IMG/VR virus record: IMGVR_UViG_3300026078_000017
Location: 256,480-320,479 of that record
Reading direction: 5' to 3' (one strand)
Length of the DNA: 64,000 bases
Position 1 is the stretch's first letter, and each line of letters starts with the position of its first letter. The translations under genes and the position numbers were made by a program. Of the stretch, positions 43,964 through 53,418 are shown piece by piece. A model generated the notes under the pieces. It saw nothing but the letters and a program-made list of their open reading frames with translations, searched no databases and was not told the DNA's origin.

Positions 43964-45089
43964 ACATGGCGTCTATTCTCGCTTCAGCACGAAAAATCCT
44001 TTGAAGTGGTCTCTAAATTACGACCAGATCGAAGCGAAGGATGCAGATCCGATCGCTCAGGAGTGTCGTGGTCTGGTTCTTGCGACGGAAGAGCCGTTGG
44101 CAGACATGGATCCGACGCTTGGCGCAATGGGCGTTACGGTTGGCGAGACGAAGATTCGTGGTCTTCCCATGGGACGGTTTTTCAACTACGGCCAGGGCTC
44201 TGCCGCTACGGTTGACCTGGATTCGCCTGACACGCGCTTCTGTGAGAAGCTCGACGGAACCCTGTGCATCATGTATTGGGATCGTCACCTTGGAGAGTGG
44301 TCCATTGCCACGCGATCTGTTCCAGACGCTGACCTTCCTATGGATGGTTTTGGCAATCAGACGTTCACGGATCTCTTCTGGAAGGCTTTTAAGGCTTCTG
44401 GTGGAATGATTTCGCAGTTGGACTATGCACGTGGGTGGCATACCTTCTGTTTCGAGCTTTGCACGCCCGATAACCAGATTGTGGTCAAGTACCCGGACTA
44501 CAAGGTTTATCTCCTGGCTGCTCGTGAGAACGAGACCGGAATCAACATGGATCCTCAGCCTTGGGCGGTCCAGATGTCGGTGGAGTGTGCTCCGACGTAT
44601 CGTTTCGGCTCCACGGACGAAATGCTGAATTTCGTTTCCTCGCGAAATCCCTTGGCTCACGAGGGAATCGTCGTTGTTGACAAGGACTTCAATCGAGTCA
44701 AGGTCAAGAATGCGGGATATCTCGCTTACAACAAGATCAAGGACTCTGTTGCAAAGTCTCCTCGTGCGGTAATGGAGATCGTTCTTCTTGGCAAGGAAGA
44801 CGACGTTATGCCGCTCGTTCCCGAGCATGTGCAGAAGGTCATCCTTGACACCAAGGATCGCCTGGCGGCATTTTTGCGAGTCACGGACGAGGAATACACG
44901 GCTTGCTATCACACGGACCGTAAGACGTTTGCTCTTGCCATTCAGGCGGGTTCTGGTAACATGGGACCACAGATGGCACGATGGTCGGGAAAGTGTGCTT
45001 CTACCAAGGACTGGATCTTCTCTCAGCGGAAGGATGGAAATTGGTCAGATGGGTTCCTTGACTCGCTTATGCGTATGTGTAAGGAATAA
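43908..45089 (+). CDS. RNA ligase, T4 Rnl1-like
   Basis: ECRGL, RFFN, EKLDGT, FEL, EGIVV, RVKVK. Confidence 0.9.
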   Translation: MLKVQEYLLTHTLNDLAREHGVYSRFSTKNPLKWSLNYDQIEAKDADPIAQECRGLVLATEEPLADMDPTLGAMGVTVGETKIRGLPMGRFFNYGQGSAATVDLDSPDTRFCEKLDGTLCIMYWDRHLGEWSIATRSVPDADLPMDGFGNQTFTDLFWKAFKASGGMISQLDYARGWHTFCFELCTPDNQIVVKYPDYKVYLLAARENETGINMDPQPWAVQMSVECAPTYRFGSTDEMLNFVSSRNPLAHEGIVVVDKDFNRVKVKNAGYLAYNKIKDSVAKSPRAVMEIVLLGKEDDVMPLVPEHVQKVILDTKDRLAAFLRVTDEEYTACYHTDRKTFALAIQAGSGNMGPQMARWSGKCASTKDWIFSQRKDGNWSDGFLDSLMRMCKE

Positions 45090-45364
45090 TGGGAACAGAC
45101 TGGCGGATTGAGGTAGTCCCTGGTGCTCATCCAGAGCATGTCGGGGACTATTTTCAATTGACAGCATATCGCGTGAATCTCATGTGGCTTCCCAAAAACA
45201 CCCTATCTGCCTTAAATGAAACATGGAGGGTTTCTGACATAGCCCTTTATCTAGGAAACAATGAGTTTCTGGTTAATGGAGAAAGGCTTGTTATGTTTAA
45301 TGACCTTCATCTTGATTGGAATTTCTACTTGACGCCAGCAAAGATCCTACCGAAGGACGACTGA
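45089..45364 (+). CDS. GD-family paralog, YLG subfamily
   Basis: HVGDYF...LYLGNN. Confidence 0.7.
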   Translation: MGTDWRIEVVPGAHPEHVGDYFQLTAYRVNLMWLPKNTLSALNETWRVSDIALYLGNNEFLVNGERLVMFNDLHLDWNFYLTPAKILPKDD

Positions 45365-45366
45365 AA

Positions 45367-45651
45367 ATGTCACAGGATTTGAATCAAACACGTCCAATTG
45401 GCGGACATGCTGATAAAATCGGTGAGCTTTTTGTCATGTGTGTGGATCGTCCAGGTCCAATAAGGTGGAATTCCTCAGACTTGTTAGATGATGCCTGGTA
45501 TCCTGAGGATGTTGTCATGTATCTTGGTGACAACATGTTTTGGTGGATTAAAGGAAATTACTTGCGCGAAGTTTATTCTAAGCTAGAACCTTGGGACGAC
45601 TGGTTTAGTCCTTGGAAGCCCACATGCACAACTTCACAAAAGTCAGGATGA
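45367..45651 (+). CDS. GD-family paralog, YLG subfamily
   Basis: KIGELF...MYLGDN. Confidence 0.7.
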   Translation: MSQDLNQTRPIGGHADKIGELFVMCVDRPGPIRWNSSDLLDDAWYPEDVVMYLGDNMFWWIKGNYLREVYSKLEPWDDWFSPWKPTCTTSQKSG

Positions 45652-45923
45652 ACAAAAAGGCCAAGAAGATCTGGGACCAACGGATTGGAAGCCTCTTTGT
45701 TTTCAACAAAGAGGGCTACAAATATCCTCGATGGGACCTTGAGCCTATCGTTCCTATCGAGTCAAGAAGTTCAACTCTAAAAAAATCCTCGGTGGATCAT
45801 TGGGGATTTATTTTGTATCTTGGTGAAGACCTGTTTTTCTCTTATGGGCTTAACCACAAGATTAGGATGATGAGTGACATGTTTGAGTGGGATGGTTGGC
45901 TCAAGTCTGTCGATCAGGAGTAA
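45648..45923 (+). CDS. GD-family paralog, YLG subfamily
   Basis: RIGSLF...LYLGED. Confidence 0.7.
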   Translation: MNKKAKKIWDQRIGSLFVFNKEGYKYPRWDLEPIVPIESRSSTLKKSSVDHWGFILYLGEDLFFSYGLNHKIRMMSDMFEWDGWLKSVDQE

Positions 45924-45927
45924 GACA

Positions 45928-46341
45928 ATGGGAGCTTGGGGAACAGAACCAAAAGATAATGACGAGTCAGCCGACTTGTTTTACGAGATTGAGACCACGT
46001 GGGATGCTTGTGGTCTTGAAATTGCTACTCGTAATCTTCATGGACAACTCAAGACCACCGAAACGAATTATTCGGATGGCACACAACGCAAGTTTGAACT
46101 ACTTGGAATGACTCAGTTGTTTTTCGACAAACTTGAAGAAGGTTACGAAGGATCTCTTACCTACGACAACCTGTGGAAAGATGAACTGATTCCTGACATT
46201 TTGTGGACATGTCATCAATATGCCCAGGATTGCCTAAACGACACACCCTGGCAAAAGCAGTGGATGGAAACACAAAAACTGGTGGACAATCTTCATCTCT
46301 TCAAAAAGAACACCCTGGAACTTGTCAAGAAAACATTGTGA
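45928..46341 (+). CDS. DUF4259-like protein
   Basis: MGAWGTEPKDNDESAD. Confidence 0.65.
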   Translation: MGAWGTEPKDNDESADLFYEIETTWDACGLEIATRNLHGQLKTTETNYSDGTQRKFELLGMTQLFFDKLEEGYEGSLTYDNLWKDELIPDILWTCHQYAQDCLNDTPWQKQWMETQKLVDNLHLFKKNTLELVKKTL

Positions 46342-46396
46342 GCATTGACAACATTTAATGGACATGATAGACTTGTTATCTTAATGGAGAAAAATA

Positions 46397-46594
46397 GTGA
46401 AGATCATTATTCGTGAGTCGGATTTTTCAACTGGAACTTCAAAGAGTGTTGCTGGTCAGGCGGTTCGTTATGCTGTCATTGACCTTATGAACTCTCATCA
46501 GCTTGACAGATTTTTCCGTGCCAAGCGAGTGTGGTGGGATTCTTCCAAAGTAGTCAACAAGAATATCTTGTCTGGCCTTGTGTTTGAGGAGTGA
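46397..46594 (+). CDS. hypothetical protein
   Basis: promoter and GGAG RBS. Confidence 0.65.
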   Translation: MKIIIRESDFSTGTSKSVAGQAVRYAVIDLMNSHQLDRFFRAKRVWWDSSKVVNKNILSGLVFEE

Positions 46595-46597
46595 CAT

Positions 46598-46822
46598 ATG
46601 AGAGTACTTGCCAAAAACTATGCCATTTTTGAGCGTGACAAGAGAAAGAAAACCGCTCCAAAACGCATCCATAACTCGATGCTTCCAGCCGGATCTCCGA
46701 TGTATTTCTATTGTCTGTCATGCAATCACCTCTGTGATGTTTTGCCAGAATCCTACACCTGTCGCCCAAAGAACTATTGTGAAGAGTGTCAGCCTTTGGT
46801 AGACAAAGGTTGGATTCGATGA
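46598..46822 (+). CDS. zinc-ribbon-like protein
   Basis: AGSPMYFYCLSC...CEEC. Confidence 0.75.
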   Translation: MRVLAKNYAIFERDKRKKTAPKRIHNSMLPAGSPMYFYCLSCNHLCDVLPESYTCRPKNYCEECQPLVDKGWIR

Positions 46823-47019
46823 AGAATGTGCCAGAAATTGGCGACGTCTACTTAAACGAAGCACAGTTGCCCCAATATGGCAACACCATTCTGATTTTAG
46901 ACATAATGCTTAATCAAACAATTTTGTGGTTTCAGGTATACGAGTTAGACAGACAAAAAAAGGCTATGAGGTCAGAATATGAAATCTCCTCATATTACAA
47001 AAAGGTAACAGAAACATGA
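46819..47019 (+). CDS. GD-family paralog
   Basis: PEIGDVY. Confidence 0.7.
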   Translation: MKNVPEIGDVYLNEAQLPQYGNTILILDIMLNQTILWFQVYELDRQKKAMRSEYEISSYYKKVTET

Positions 47020-47225
47020 CAAATCCATTCGCTCCGCACACCAAGTTTATCATCGAAGGCACCCAACAGGAGCTTGAGACGCTTCACAAGGCTCTCAGTG
47101 CCGTTCTGAGTGACCCAAATAATGGTCAGGCTCAGGTCATCACAGACAAGTTCAACGTGATTTTCCGCAAGGATGACTCAAGCGGAACCCAAGGTGGCTT
47201 GGATGAAGTTGACGACGGCAACTGA
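47016..47225 (+). CDS. hypothetical protein
   Basis: coupled ORF. Confidence 0.7.
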   Translation: MTNPFAPHTKFIIEGTQQELETLHKALSAVLSDPNNGQAQVITDKFNVIFRKDDSSGTQGGLDEVDDGN

Positions 47226-47243
47226 ATCTGCTAATCTTCAAGA

Positions 47244-47519
47244 ATGCAACTAACCCTTGAAGACCTCAAAGACTTGAAAAGTGCTGATGACTTCAAAGAA
47301 TGGGGTTGGCTAATTTTTAATCGTGGTGGTCAAGTTAAAATCCTTGAACCAGGAAGTCAGCCGCTAAAACTCAGCGAAGCATATAAAGCCACTGTCATGT
47401 TGCGTTGGCATTGGGATGCCGATGACATGTGGGTTTTCAAGAATATGTGGGGCGAAACTGGAGTTTGGGTTTCACAAACCACCATTAGTCAAAGACCAAA
47501 TCATGACAACCTTGGTTGA
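47244..47519 (+). CDS. hypothetical protein
   Basis: ORF after promoter. Confidence 0.7.
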   Translation: MQLTLEDLKDLKSADDFKEWGWLIFNRGGQVKILEPGSQPLKLSEAYKATVMLRWHWDADDMWVFKNMWGETGVWVSQTTISQRPNHDNLG

Positions 47520-47778
47520 TCTCACACCTTTGGATGAGCCTTTGGTTCATGGCGACTTGTTGCAACATCGTCTCAATGAACGATATTATGTTGTCATTCT
47601 TGGTCCAGGAAAAGACTGGCATGTCGAGGATGACGAAAGATTGCGTCAAACCAAACTTGAGATAAAGCAAGGAAAAACCTGGAATATCTTCATGATGATC
47701 GATGAAGGTTTCAGGTCTAACATGTGTGAGGAAGCTATTCGACTTGACTTCCAAAAGGTGCTATTGGAAGAGAAATAA
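47503..47778 (+). CDS. GD-family paralog
   Basis: LVHGDLL. Confidence 0.7.
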   Translation: MTTLVDLTPLDEPLVHGDLLQHRLNERYYVVILGPGKDWHVEDDERLRQTKLEIKQGKTWNIFMMIDEGFRSNMCEEAIRLDFQKVLLEEK

Positions 47779-47781
47779 CCC

Positions 47782-48030
47782 ATGTCAATCCCTAACAGTT
47801 ATGTTTTTTGTCCTGGTGATACTTGCATTAGGTTTCTTGATGATGGCCGTGTTTATGACACCTATTTGTTGCTTGAACACAATAATCACAATGATTGGAA
47901 GGTTCTACAACTTTCTGACAATAAAATATTGGGCTTGTCAAGACTCTATTGTAAAACGTATTGGTTTCTTCTTGACGACCCTATGGTTGTAGAGTATCTT
48001 ACACAGAGTTTCCCAAAGGAAGAGAAATAA
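47782..48030 (+). CDS. GD-family paralog
   Basis: FCPGDTC. Confidence 0.7.
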   Translation: MSIPNSYVFCPGDTCIRFLDDGRVYDTYLLLEHNNHNDWKVLQLSDNKILGLSRLYCKTYWFLLDDPMVVEYLTQSFPKEEK

Positions 48031-48032
48031 TC

Positions 48033-48317
48033 ATGAGTAAAAAGACGAAGGCAAAGGCGAAGGACAAGCGTGCAGCAGAGAAGCGCTCGCGGAAGGCGAG
48101 TCAGAAGGCTCAGTATCAGGCATGGGCAGCGGCTGGTGTGACGAAGGGCAGCAAGCGTCAGCGAAGCAAGAAGGCTTCTGACTACAAGCTCTTGAATCCC
48201 CGCAAGAAGGGTCGTACGAGGATTCCGTTCCCGGTTCACCTGTGGTTGGACAAGAACGGCAAGCTCAAGGCTGGTGCTCCGCATCGTGCTTGGCTTGAGC
48301 TTAATCGTCAGTCGTGA
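48033..48317 (+). CDS. very basic Lys/Arg-rich protein
   Basis: K/R-rich, GC-rich codons. Confidence 0.8.
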   Translation: MSKKTKAKAKDKRAAEKRSRKASQKAQYQAWAAAGVTKGSKRQRSKKASDYKLLNPRKKGRTRIPFPVHLWLDKNGKLKAGAPHRAWLELNRQS

Positions 48318-48616
48318 CGATTGAGAGACAAATTCCGGAAGATGTACGTGTGGGTGATATTGTTGAATTCACCTTCACGTACATCTATAAAAGTCCCACA
48401 TCCTTGCCGCCAGTAAAAGAAATCTGGCGTGCACTGATTTTAGAGCTTGTTGGTAATGATGAGTGGAAAGTGTTTGTTCTCAAGAACGACACATATCCTA
48501 CACAGAACAATAGCGTTCACTTTTGGAGCACCAAGCAAGCTAGTAACGAAACAGTAGAAATTATTGGGTCAGTTGACATGGAAGATTTTCCTGCTAGTCT
48601 TAAGGAAAGAGGGTAA
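48314..48616 (+). CDS. GD-family paralog
   Basis: VRVGDIV. Confidence 0.75.
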   Translation: MTIERQIPEDVRVGDIVEFTFTYIYKSPTSLPPVKEIWRALILELVGNDEWKVFVLKNDTYPTQNNSVHFWSTKQASNETVEIIGSVDMEDFPASLKERG

Positions 48617-48620
48617 ACTC

Positions 48621-48962
48621 ATGGAACTCACGAATCGAATGTTGATTGGCCTTGGACGCGCAATTGGCGCTACGACGGAAGCTGGTCGTAGTGCTCATGG
48701 GTGGATTCGTCTGGCACGGGTTCGCTCACGTCAGGATGAGAACAAGAATACCTACGTGATCGCCATCCGTGAGACCAAGCAGGGACTTCAGTTCGGATGT
48801 TCTTGTCCTCATTGGATCTATCGTGTGCGACACAACCCGGGCGCCCTTTGCAAGCACCAGGAGCTTTTTCTAGGCCACACGGCAGGAACCGCACCCAAGA
48901 CCGGGGTTTGGCTCTATCGTGCCGGGAAGGCATTTTTGCAGCAGACGCAGAAGGGTACGTGA
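48621..48962 (+). CDS. SWIM zinc-finger protein
   Basis: CSCPHW...CKH. Confidence 0.85.
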   Translation: MELTNRMLIGLGRAIGATTEAGRSAHGWIRLARVRSRQDENKNTYVIAIRETKQGLQFGCSCPHWIYRVRHNPGALCKHQELFLGHTAGTAPKTGVWLYRAGKAFLQQTQKGT

Positions 48963-48966
48963 CCTC

Positions 48967-49365
48967 ATGACCTACGCAATCGCAAACGTGGTGTATGGCA
49001 TCGACCTCACCTATGATGAGAATTGGCTCAAGGAACTGCCCAAGGAACTTGAACAAAGTTTCGATGACAATCCTGAGAACATTGGGATTACCACCGACTA
49101 CTCGGGAAATGGTGAGCGTCCCATGTGGTTTGGGATTAAGCTGTGTGAGTTTGACGAGTGTCAGACCATTCGTCTGGACGAGATCGCCAAGTACAACAAT
49201 CCCACGGATGAAATCAAGCAAAAGTGGGCAAAGAAGGTTGAGAATCTCGACCCCGAGCTTCACAAGATTTTGATTGATCATTTCGGTAGGTCAAATCCGG
49301 TTCCGGATGGAAGTGGCGGTCATTCTTTGAGGCCGGAAGTTCTTATTATTTGGAGTAGCTCTTAA
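48967..49365 (+). CDS. hypothetical protein
   Basis: VVYGIDL...YSGNG. Confidence 0.75.
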   Translation: MTYAIANVVYGIDLTYDENWLKELPKELEQSFDDNPENIGITTDYSGNGERPMWFGIKLCEFDECQTIRLDEIAKYNNPTDEIKQKWAKKVENLDPELHKILIDHFGRSNPVPDGSGGHSLRPEVLIIWSSS

Positions 49366-49379
49366 CAAAAGGGAAAACA

Positions 49380-49565
49380 ATGAAAACATACATGCAGGCG
49401 GTGTGGATTTTGGCTTTTGGCATTGCTGGTTACATGATTGGAGAGGCAGTGTTTTCCACTCCAACTGAACGTGCAGAAACCGCATGCCACCAAAGCTGTG
49501 GGTATCATGGAGTTGCCAGCTTTTCCTCTGACTCTAGTGGCAATGTGACTTGTACCTGTCGCTAA
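49380..49565 (+). CDS. membrane-anchored Cys mini-domain protein
   Basis: TM plus CHQSCGYHG...CTC. Confidence 0.7.
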   Translation: MKTYMQAVWILAFGIAGYMIGEAVFSTPTERAETACHQSCGYHGVASFSSDSSGNVTCTCR

Positions 49566-49607
49566 TTCTGCTATCTTTTGACTTCACCTGGTCAAAGGAG
49601 CAAGGCA

Positions 49608-50255
49608 ATGAGTTTTCGCGATAATCAAGTTGCACGTGAGGAACGTGAAAAGGTTGAGCTTCGGGATCGTGTTCTTTCCTTGAAAGAGGAGAATGAACGC
49701 CTTGCCCGTGAGCTTGCAATTGCCAAGCACAAGGAAGAGCAGACGGCTGAGGAAGATGCAATCGTCAATCGGCACAAGTACCTTGACAAGGTTGCTGTCC
49801 TTTTCGAAAAGATTTCCTATCCCTTCGTTGCCCTTGGCCGAGGGATTTTCGCCGTTCTTTCCTTTCCTGCAAGGATTTTCTCCTCACGACCAAACAAGGC
49901 TGAGGCTTTGGGTGGTATGTTCATTGCCTTGACCATTCTGACCATTGTTGGTTGTCTCGTTTGGCAGGAGTTTTATGCCGAGCGTGATGGTTATGTGGTT
50001 GGAAAGAACTACTATCCCGAGCATGAATCTTGTTCTTGGGAAGAAACCTGCACTGGTTCTGGTTCAACCCGATCCTGTACCAGCAACTACGTGTGTCACA
50101 CTGTGCCTCCACAGTGGACTCTTGACATTGCTTATCAGGGCAATTCTGCCACATGGTCAGTTTCTGAGTCAGACTACGAAGCCACACAATATGGTGAGTG
50201 GTTTTGTGCTCGCGACCTTCTCCACACGGACCCTTGTGTCCAACCCCCACGATGA
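49608..50255 (+). CDS. coiled-coil, TM and Cys-rich external domain protein
   Basis: heptad N-terminus, TM, CSWEETCTGSG...C. Confidence 0.8.
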   Translation: MSFRDNQVAREEREKVELRDRVLSLKEENERLARELAIAKHKEEQTAEEDAIVNRHKYLDKVAVLFEKISYPFVALGRGIFAVLSFPARIFSSRPNKAEALGGMFIALTILTIVGCLVWQEFYAERDGYVVGKNYYPEHESCSWEETCTGSGSTRSCTSNYVCHTVPPQWTLDIAYQGNSATWSVSESDYEATQYGEWFCARDLLHTDPCVQPPR

Positions 50256-50563
50256 CTCACAATTCACTCATTTACTTCAATCACTCACAAACTGCTGATT
50301 GGAGAAATTTAAATCTGGAGTATGCCTCACGGCTTTTCGATCGATGGATTGGAGAAGTCTTTGTGTGCCATGCCAATTATGTTGGTATGTCATCATCCAA
50401 GCCGACATTTTGGATTTATCTAGATGAGGGTAATTTCCTTGTTTGTTGTGGAAATTACGGCGGCATAGATGGAACCCTTGAATTTTTGATTGCCAAATCC
50501 TCAGCCAAAGTCTTGGTTAAGATTAACGATTTCGACAATTTCTTTAAGAAGGCTGATGACTGA
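50252..50563 (+). CDS. GD-family paralog (divergent)
   Basis: WIGEVF. Confidence 0.65.
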   Translation: MTHNSLIYFNHSQTADWRNLNLEYASRLFDRWIGEVFVCHANYVGMSSSKPTFWIYLDEGNFLVCCGNYGGIDGTLEFLIAKSSAKVLVKINDFDNFFKKADD

Positions 50564-50816
50564 CCTTAAGGATTTTTGTGCCAACACAACCGTGTTGGTG
50601 AGTACGGACAACATCAACTTCTGTGACCACACAGAGGCTGACTGGATGCGTTTTGCTGGTGAGTTTTATCAGCATGCTTACACAAACGACACATTTATGT
50701 TCCTTGGCAAGTTTGTTAATAGTTGTTTGATATTTTGGAACTTGAATCAAAATACCATCGTAGAAATTCCTCTCTCTGGTTTTTACCGCCTTTTAAGGAT
50801 ATCTAAAGAACCTTAG
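50556..50816 (+). CDS. GD-family paralog (divergent)
   Basis: shares H..ADW with 50252; FAGEFY. Confidence 0.65.
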   Translation: MTDLKDFCANTTVLVSTDNINFCDHTEADWMRFAGEFYQHAYTNDTFMFLGKFVNSCLIFWNLNQNTIVEIPLSGFYRLLRISKEP

Positions 50817-50840
50817 ATGCTGTAAACTGACCCTAAGACG

Positions 50841-51110
50841 ATGAGCAAACCACTCCTCTTAGATAAACGCCAAGTAAAAGCCTTAAAAACAGGTGACCTG
50901 ATCGAAATTGACTTCACACAGTTTCGTAGGATGAAAGACTCTCAGGTAGGCCAGTTTCTCTTTCTGAGTCACTGCAAGGTAACAGACTTCATCTCTGGCA
51001 AAACTGCCAGGGGAGTTGAACTGGTGGCATTAACTACCGAAAGGAAGTGTTATCTTACCTATGAGCATCTGTGTGGACTATGGACAACGAGATTAGTTTC
51101 GAGAATTTAA
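50841..51110 (+). CDS. GD-family paralog
   Basis: LKTGDLI. Confidence 0.75.
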   Translation: MSKPLLLDKRQVKALKTGDLIEIDFTQFRRMKDSQVGQFLFLSHCKVTDFISGKTARGVELVALTTERKCYLTYEHLCGLWTTRLVSRI

Positions 51111-51397
51111 CTCCAAGTGACCTAATAGGTTGTATTCTTTGGACAACAGAAATGTTTTCTGAGTCAACTCCTAAAAATGGAGATCCTCATCTCATTCTTG
51201 AAGCTGGATATGACCACATCCAAAATGTCATAAGACCACCCGTCTTTCAGGTGAAGCTTCTTCATATCGCCCGTAACTTTGTTTTCAAGACTCGATGGGA
51301 TGGTTATGAAAACTGGAGTCACATGTTATTGCAGAGTGTCAACGGTCAAACCTTCCAGGTGATTGGAAGGGGAGAGGTCTTGACCAGATTTAGATGA
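51071..51397 (+). CDS. hypothetical protein, possible GD-family
   Basis: LIGCIL. Confidence 0.65.
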   Translation: MWTMDNEISFENLTPSDLIGCILWTTEMFSESTPKNGDPHLILEAGYDHIQNVIRPPVFQVKLLHIARNFVFKTRWDGYENWSHMLLQSVNGQTFQVIGRGEVLTRFR

Positions 51398-51711
51398 CTT
51401 ATAAGCTGCCACCTGTTGCATACCAGTGGGATCCCAAATACAAAGTCGACCCACCATTTGAGGTGGGTGATCTGGTCATGCTTAAAGAAGCAAAATACAT
51501 CATGAATCCAGCAACCAAGATGTATTTTCCAAAGTTCTTTTATGGAATGGCGATTGTCCTTGAAAACAAAAAAATCACTCTGTCAAGCGGAGAAAACTCC
51601 GTTGAGGAGTTTTGCTTTACTGTATTTTGGCACCTTAAGGAACAGATCAAAATCGCCACATATGTGTGGGATGGCTCTATCACTCTGGTGAGTCATAAAC
51701 CCGAACAATAA
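51394..51711 (+). CDS. GD-family paralog
   Basis: PFEVGDLV. Confidence 0.75.
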   Translation: MTYKLPPVAYQWDPKYKVDPPFEVGDLVMLKEAKYIMNPATKMYFPKFFYGMAIVLENKKITLSSGENSVEEFCFTVFWHLKEQIKIATYVWDGSITLVSHKPEQ

Positions 51712-51910
51712 ACACACGCCCGTATTCGCGTTTGGTCACAGGGTTTGTTACCATGTTGCCAATAATGTCAAACTCGGGCTGAATGAGGATTTTCTCTATA
51801 TAGCCATCAGCTTCTGATGCCAGCCACACGTCATTCCAGGAAAGGAACTTTCCATCCTTTTCTACCTTGTAAGACAAATATCCTATCTGACCACGTGTCA
51901 TCGTTTCCAT
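51680..51910 (-). CDS. hypothetical protein
   Basis: ORF. Confidence 0.65.
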   Translation of the reverse strand: METMTRGQIGYLSYKVEKDGKFLSWNDVWLASEADGYIEKILIQPEFDIIGNMVTNPVTKREYGRVFIVRVYDSPE

Positions 51911-51911
51911 G

Positions 51912-52193
51912 TTACTCGGTCACTTTCTCCAACCACCACTCCGGATATAACTTGATGGACATTTTGGTTTGGGTGTTCAGATTCAACAGAATTATGCGTT
52001 CAACCTGAATTGGTAGTCCAGACGGGTGGGTTAGAGGACGTAACTCGCCTTCAGAAACACCAAGTGTTGGTACTGTCTCAATTGCAAGAACCAAGTATTT
52101 TGTGTTAAGTAAGTTGCCTCTGTAGCGAACTTGAACAATGTCAGAAAGGGCAATGCCCTGAGAAAGAGTGTCCATCTTTTGGAAGCTTAACAC
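51912..52193 (-). CDS. GD-family paralog (divergent)
   Basis: IALSDIV...YLVLA. Confidence 0.65.
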   Translation of the reverse strand: MLSFQKMDTLSQGIALSDIVQVRYRGNLLNTKYLVLAIETVPTLGVSEGELRPLTHPSGLPIQVERIILLNLNTQTKMSIKLYPEWWLEKVTE

Positions 52194-52214
52194 TTGTCAC
52201 ACCAAAGTGCAATC

Positions 52215-52253
52215 AAAAACAAATCGAGCCACCCAGCTTTATGAGTGGCTCGA
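52215..52253 (-). terminator. rho-independent terminator
   Basis: TCGAGCCAC/GTGGCTCGA plus T-tract. Confidence 0.75.
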
Positions 52254-52280
52254 CTTGGAGATTGGAACCTTTGCAGGTTT

Positions 52281-52589
52281 TCAGGCAGCCGTCACCGGCG
52301 CAGGGCGAACCGTCACGGCCAGGTCCGTGAGAACCTCACGCGACTTGATCATGAAGTACCCGTGCTCGTGGCGCGCAATCACGGTCGTGTTCGGCAGGCC
52401 GAGCTGAGCACGAAGCAGCGCGAACGCCTGGCGCCGAATCTGCTTCTCCGTCGCACCCTCGCGCATGAGGCGCTCACACCCGACCAGCGAGAGGTACACG
52501 CGGGCATTCGCCTGCGGGCGACCAGCGCCCTCCGAGTGAGCACTACGAGCAACCTGAGCAGCCGTCACAGTAAGATTCATCGTCGTCAT
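52281..52589 (-). CDS. hypothetical protein with GRP motif (GC-rich codons)
   Basis: GAGRPQANARV; resembles 15741. Confidence 0.8.
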   Translation of the reverse strand: MTTMNLTVTAAQVARSAHSEGAGRPQANARVYLSLVGCERLMREGATEKQIRRQAFALLRAQLGLPNTTVIARHEHGYFMIKSREVLTDLAVTVRPAPVTAA

Positions 52590-52741
52590 TGTGGTATCCT
52601 TCTTTCTTTCTTGTTTGGTTTCTTGTTGTTTGGGAACAGGCACTAGAACTTTTGCTTCTTCTTTTTCTCTTCGGCGATCTCGCCAACAACTTAGGTTTAG
52701 CAGAACTCCCATTGTGGTCAACCTCTTTCTGATCTTTTCTT

Positions 52742-53089
52742 TCAGACCACCGTTTCAACACTAGAAACGGTCATGGATTCAGTCACTTCCGAAAGCGCCT
52801 GAACAATCCTAAGCTCATCAGAATGAAAGAACACACGCAGTTTCATTCCGGGACATTCCGGTTTGACCTGAGACATAAGCGTCTGATCGGCCCACAAAAC
52901 AAGAACGTCATACTGATAGGCGTTCGGGTCACCATCAGGCCAAACGAGGTGAGAACGCGTCAGTGTTGTCTTAGAAAGGCACTCAGACAGCACCAGGTAC
53001 TTGGCAAGAAGACTCTTGGTGCTGTTGACACGTACTATAATGTCACCAGTGTGACATGGGGGCTGACACACCCAAATCTTGGCAGACAT
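52742..53089 (-). CDS. GD-family paralog
   Basis: CHTGDII. Confidence 0.7.
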   Translation of the reverse strand: MSAKIWVCQPPCHTGDIIVRVNSTKSLLAKYLVLSECLSKTTLTRSHLVWPDGDPNAYQYDVLVLWADQTLMSQVKPECPGMKLRVFFHSDELRIVQALSEVTESMTVSSVETVV

Positions 53090-53418
53090 TATTCAATCCT
53101 CTGGACGAGAGACCAAGTGCCACTTTGAATCCTTTTGTCGCGGGATTCGGGCACAGTAATCATGCCTCTTGCGCCTGCTCCTCTTGGCGCAGCAGGCCCA
53201 ATATAAAGATTCTTCAAGTCACCGCCCAAGTTTATGACTGTATAGGTGTGCAAAGGAATCTTCATATGAGAAGATTCAGCAGGAACTGTGCCAGCATACT
53301 TGATGACGAAAAATAAATGACTGTCAAAGTCTAAACCCGTGTCAGAGATGAAATTATATGAAATAATGTCACCAGGTTGGAAAGGTCCACGGTACTTGGG
53401 TGGGTTGATTGTCACCAC
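53089..53418 (-). CDS. GD-family paralog
   Basis: PFQPGDII. Confidence 0.75.
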   Translation of the reverse strand: MVTINPPKYRGPFQPGDIISYNFISDTGLDFDSHLFFVIKYAGTVPAESSHMKIPLHTYTVINLGGDLKNLYIGPAAPRGAGARGMITVPESRDKRIQSGTWSLVQRIE

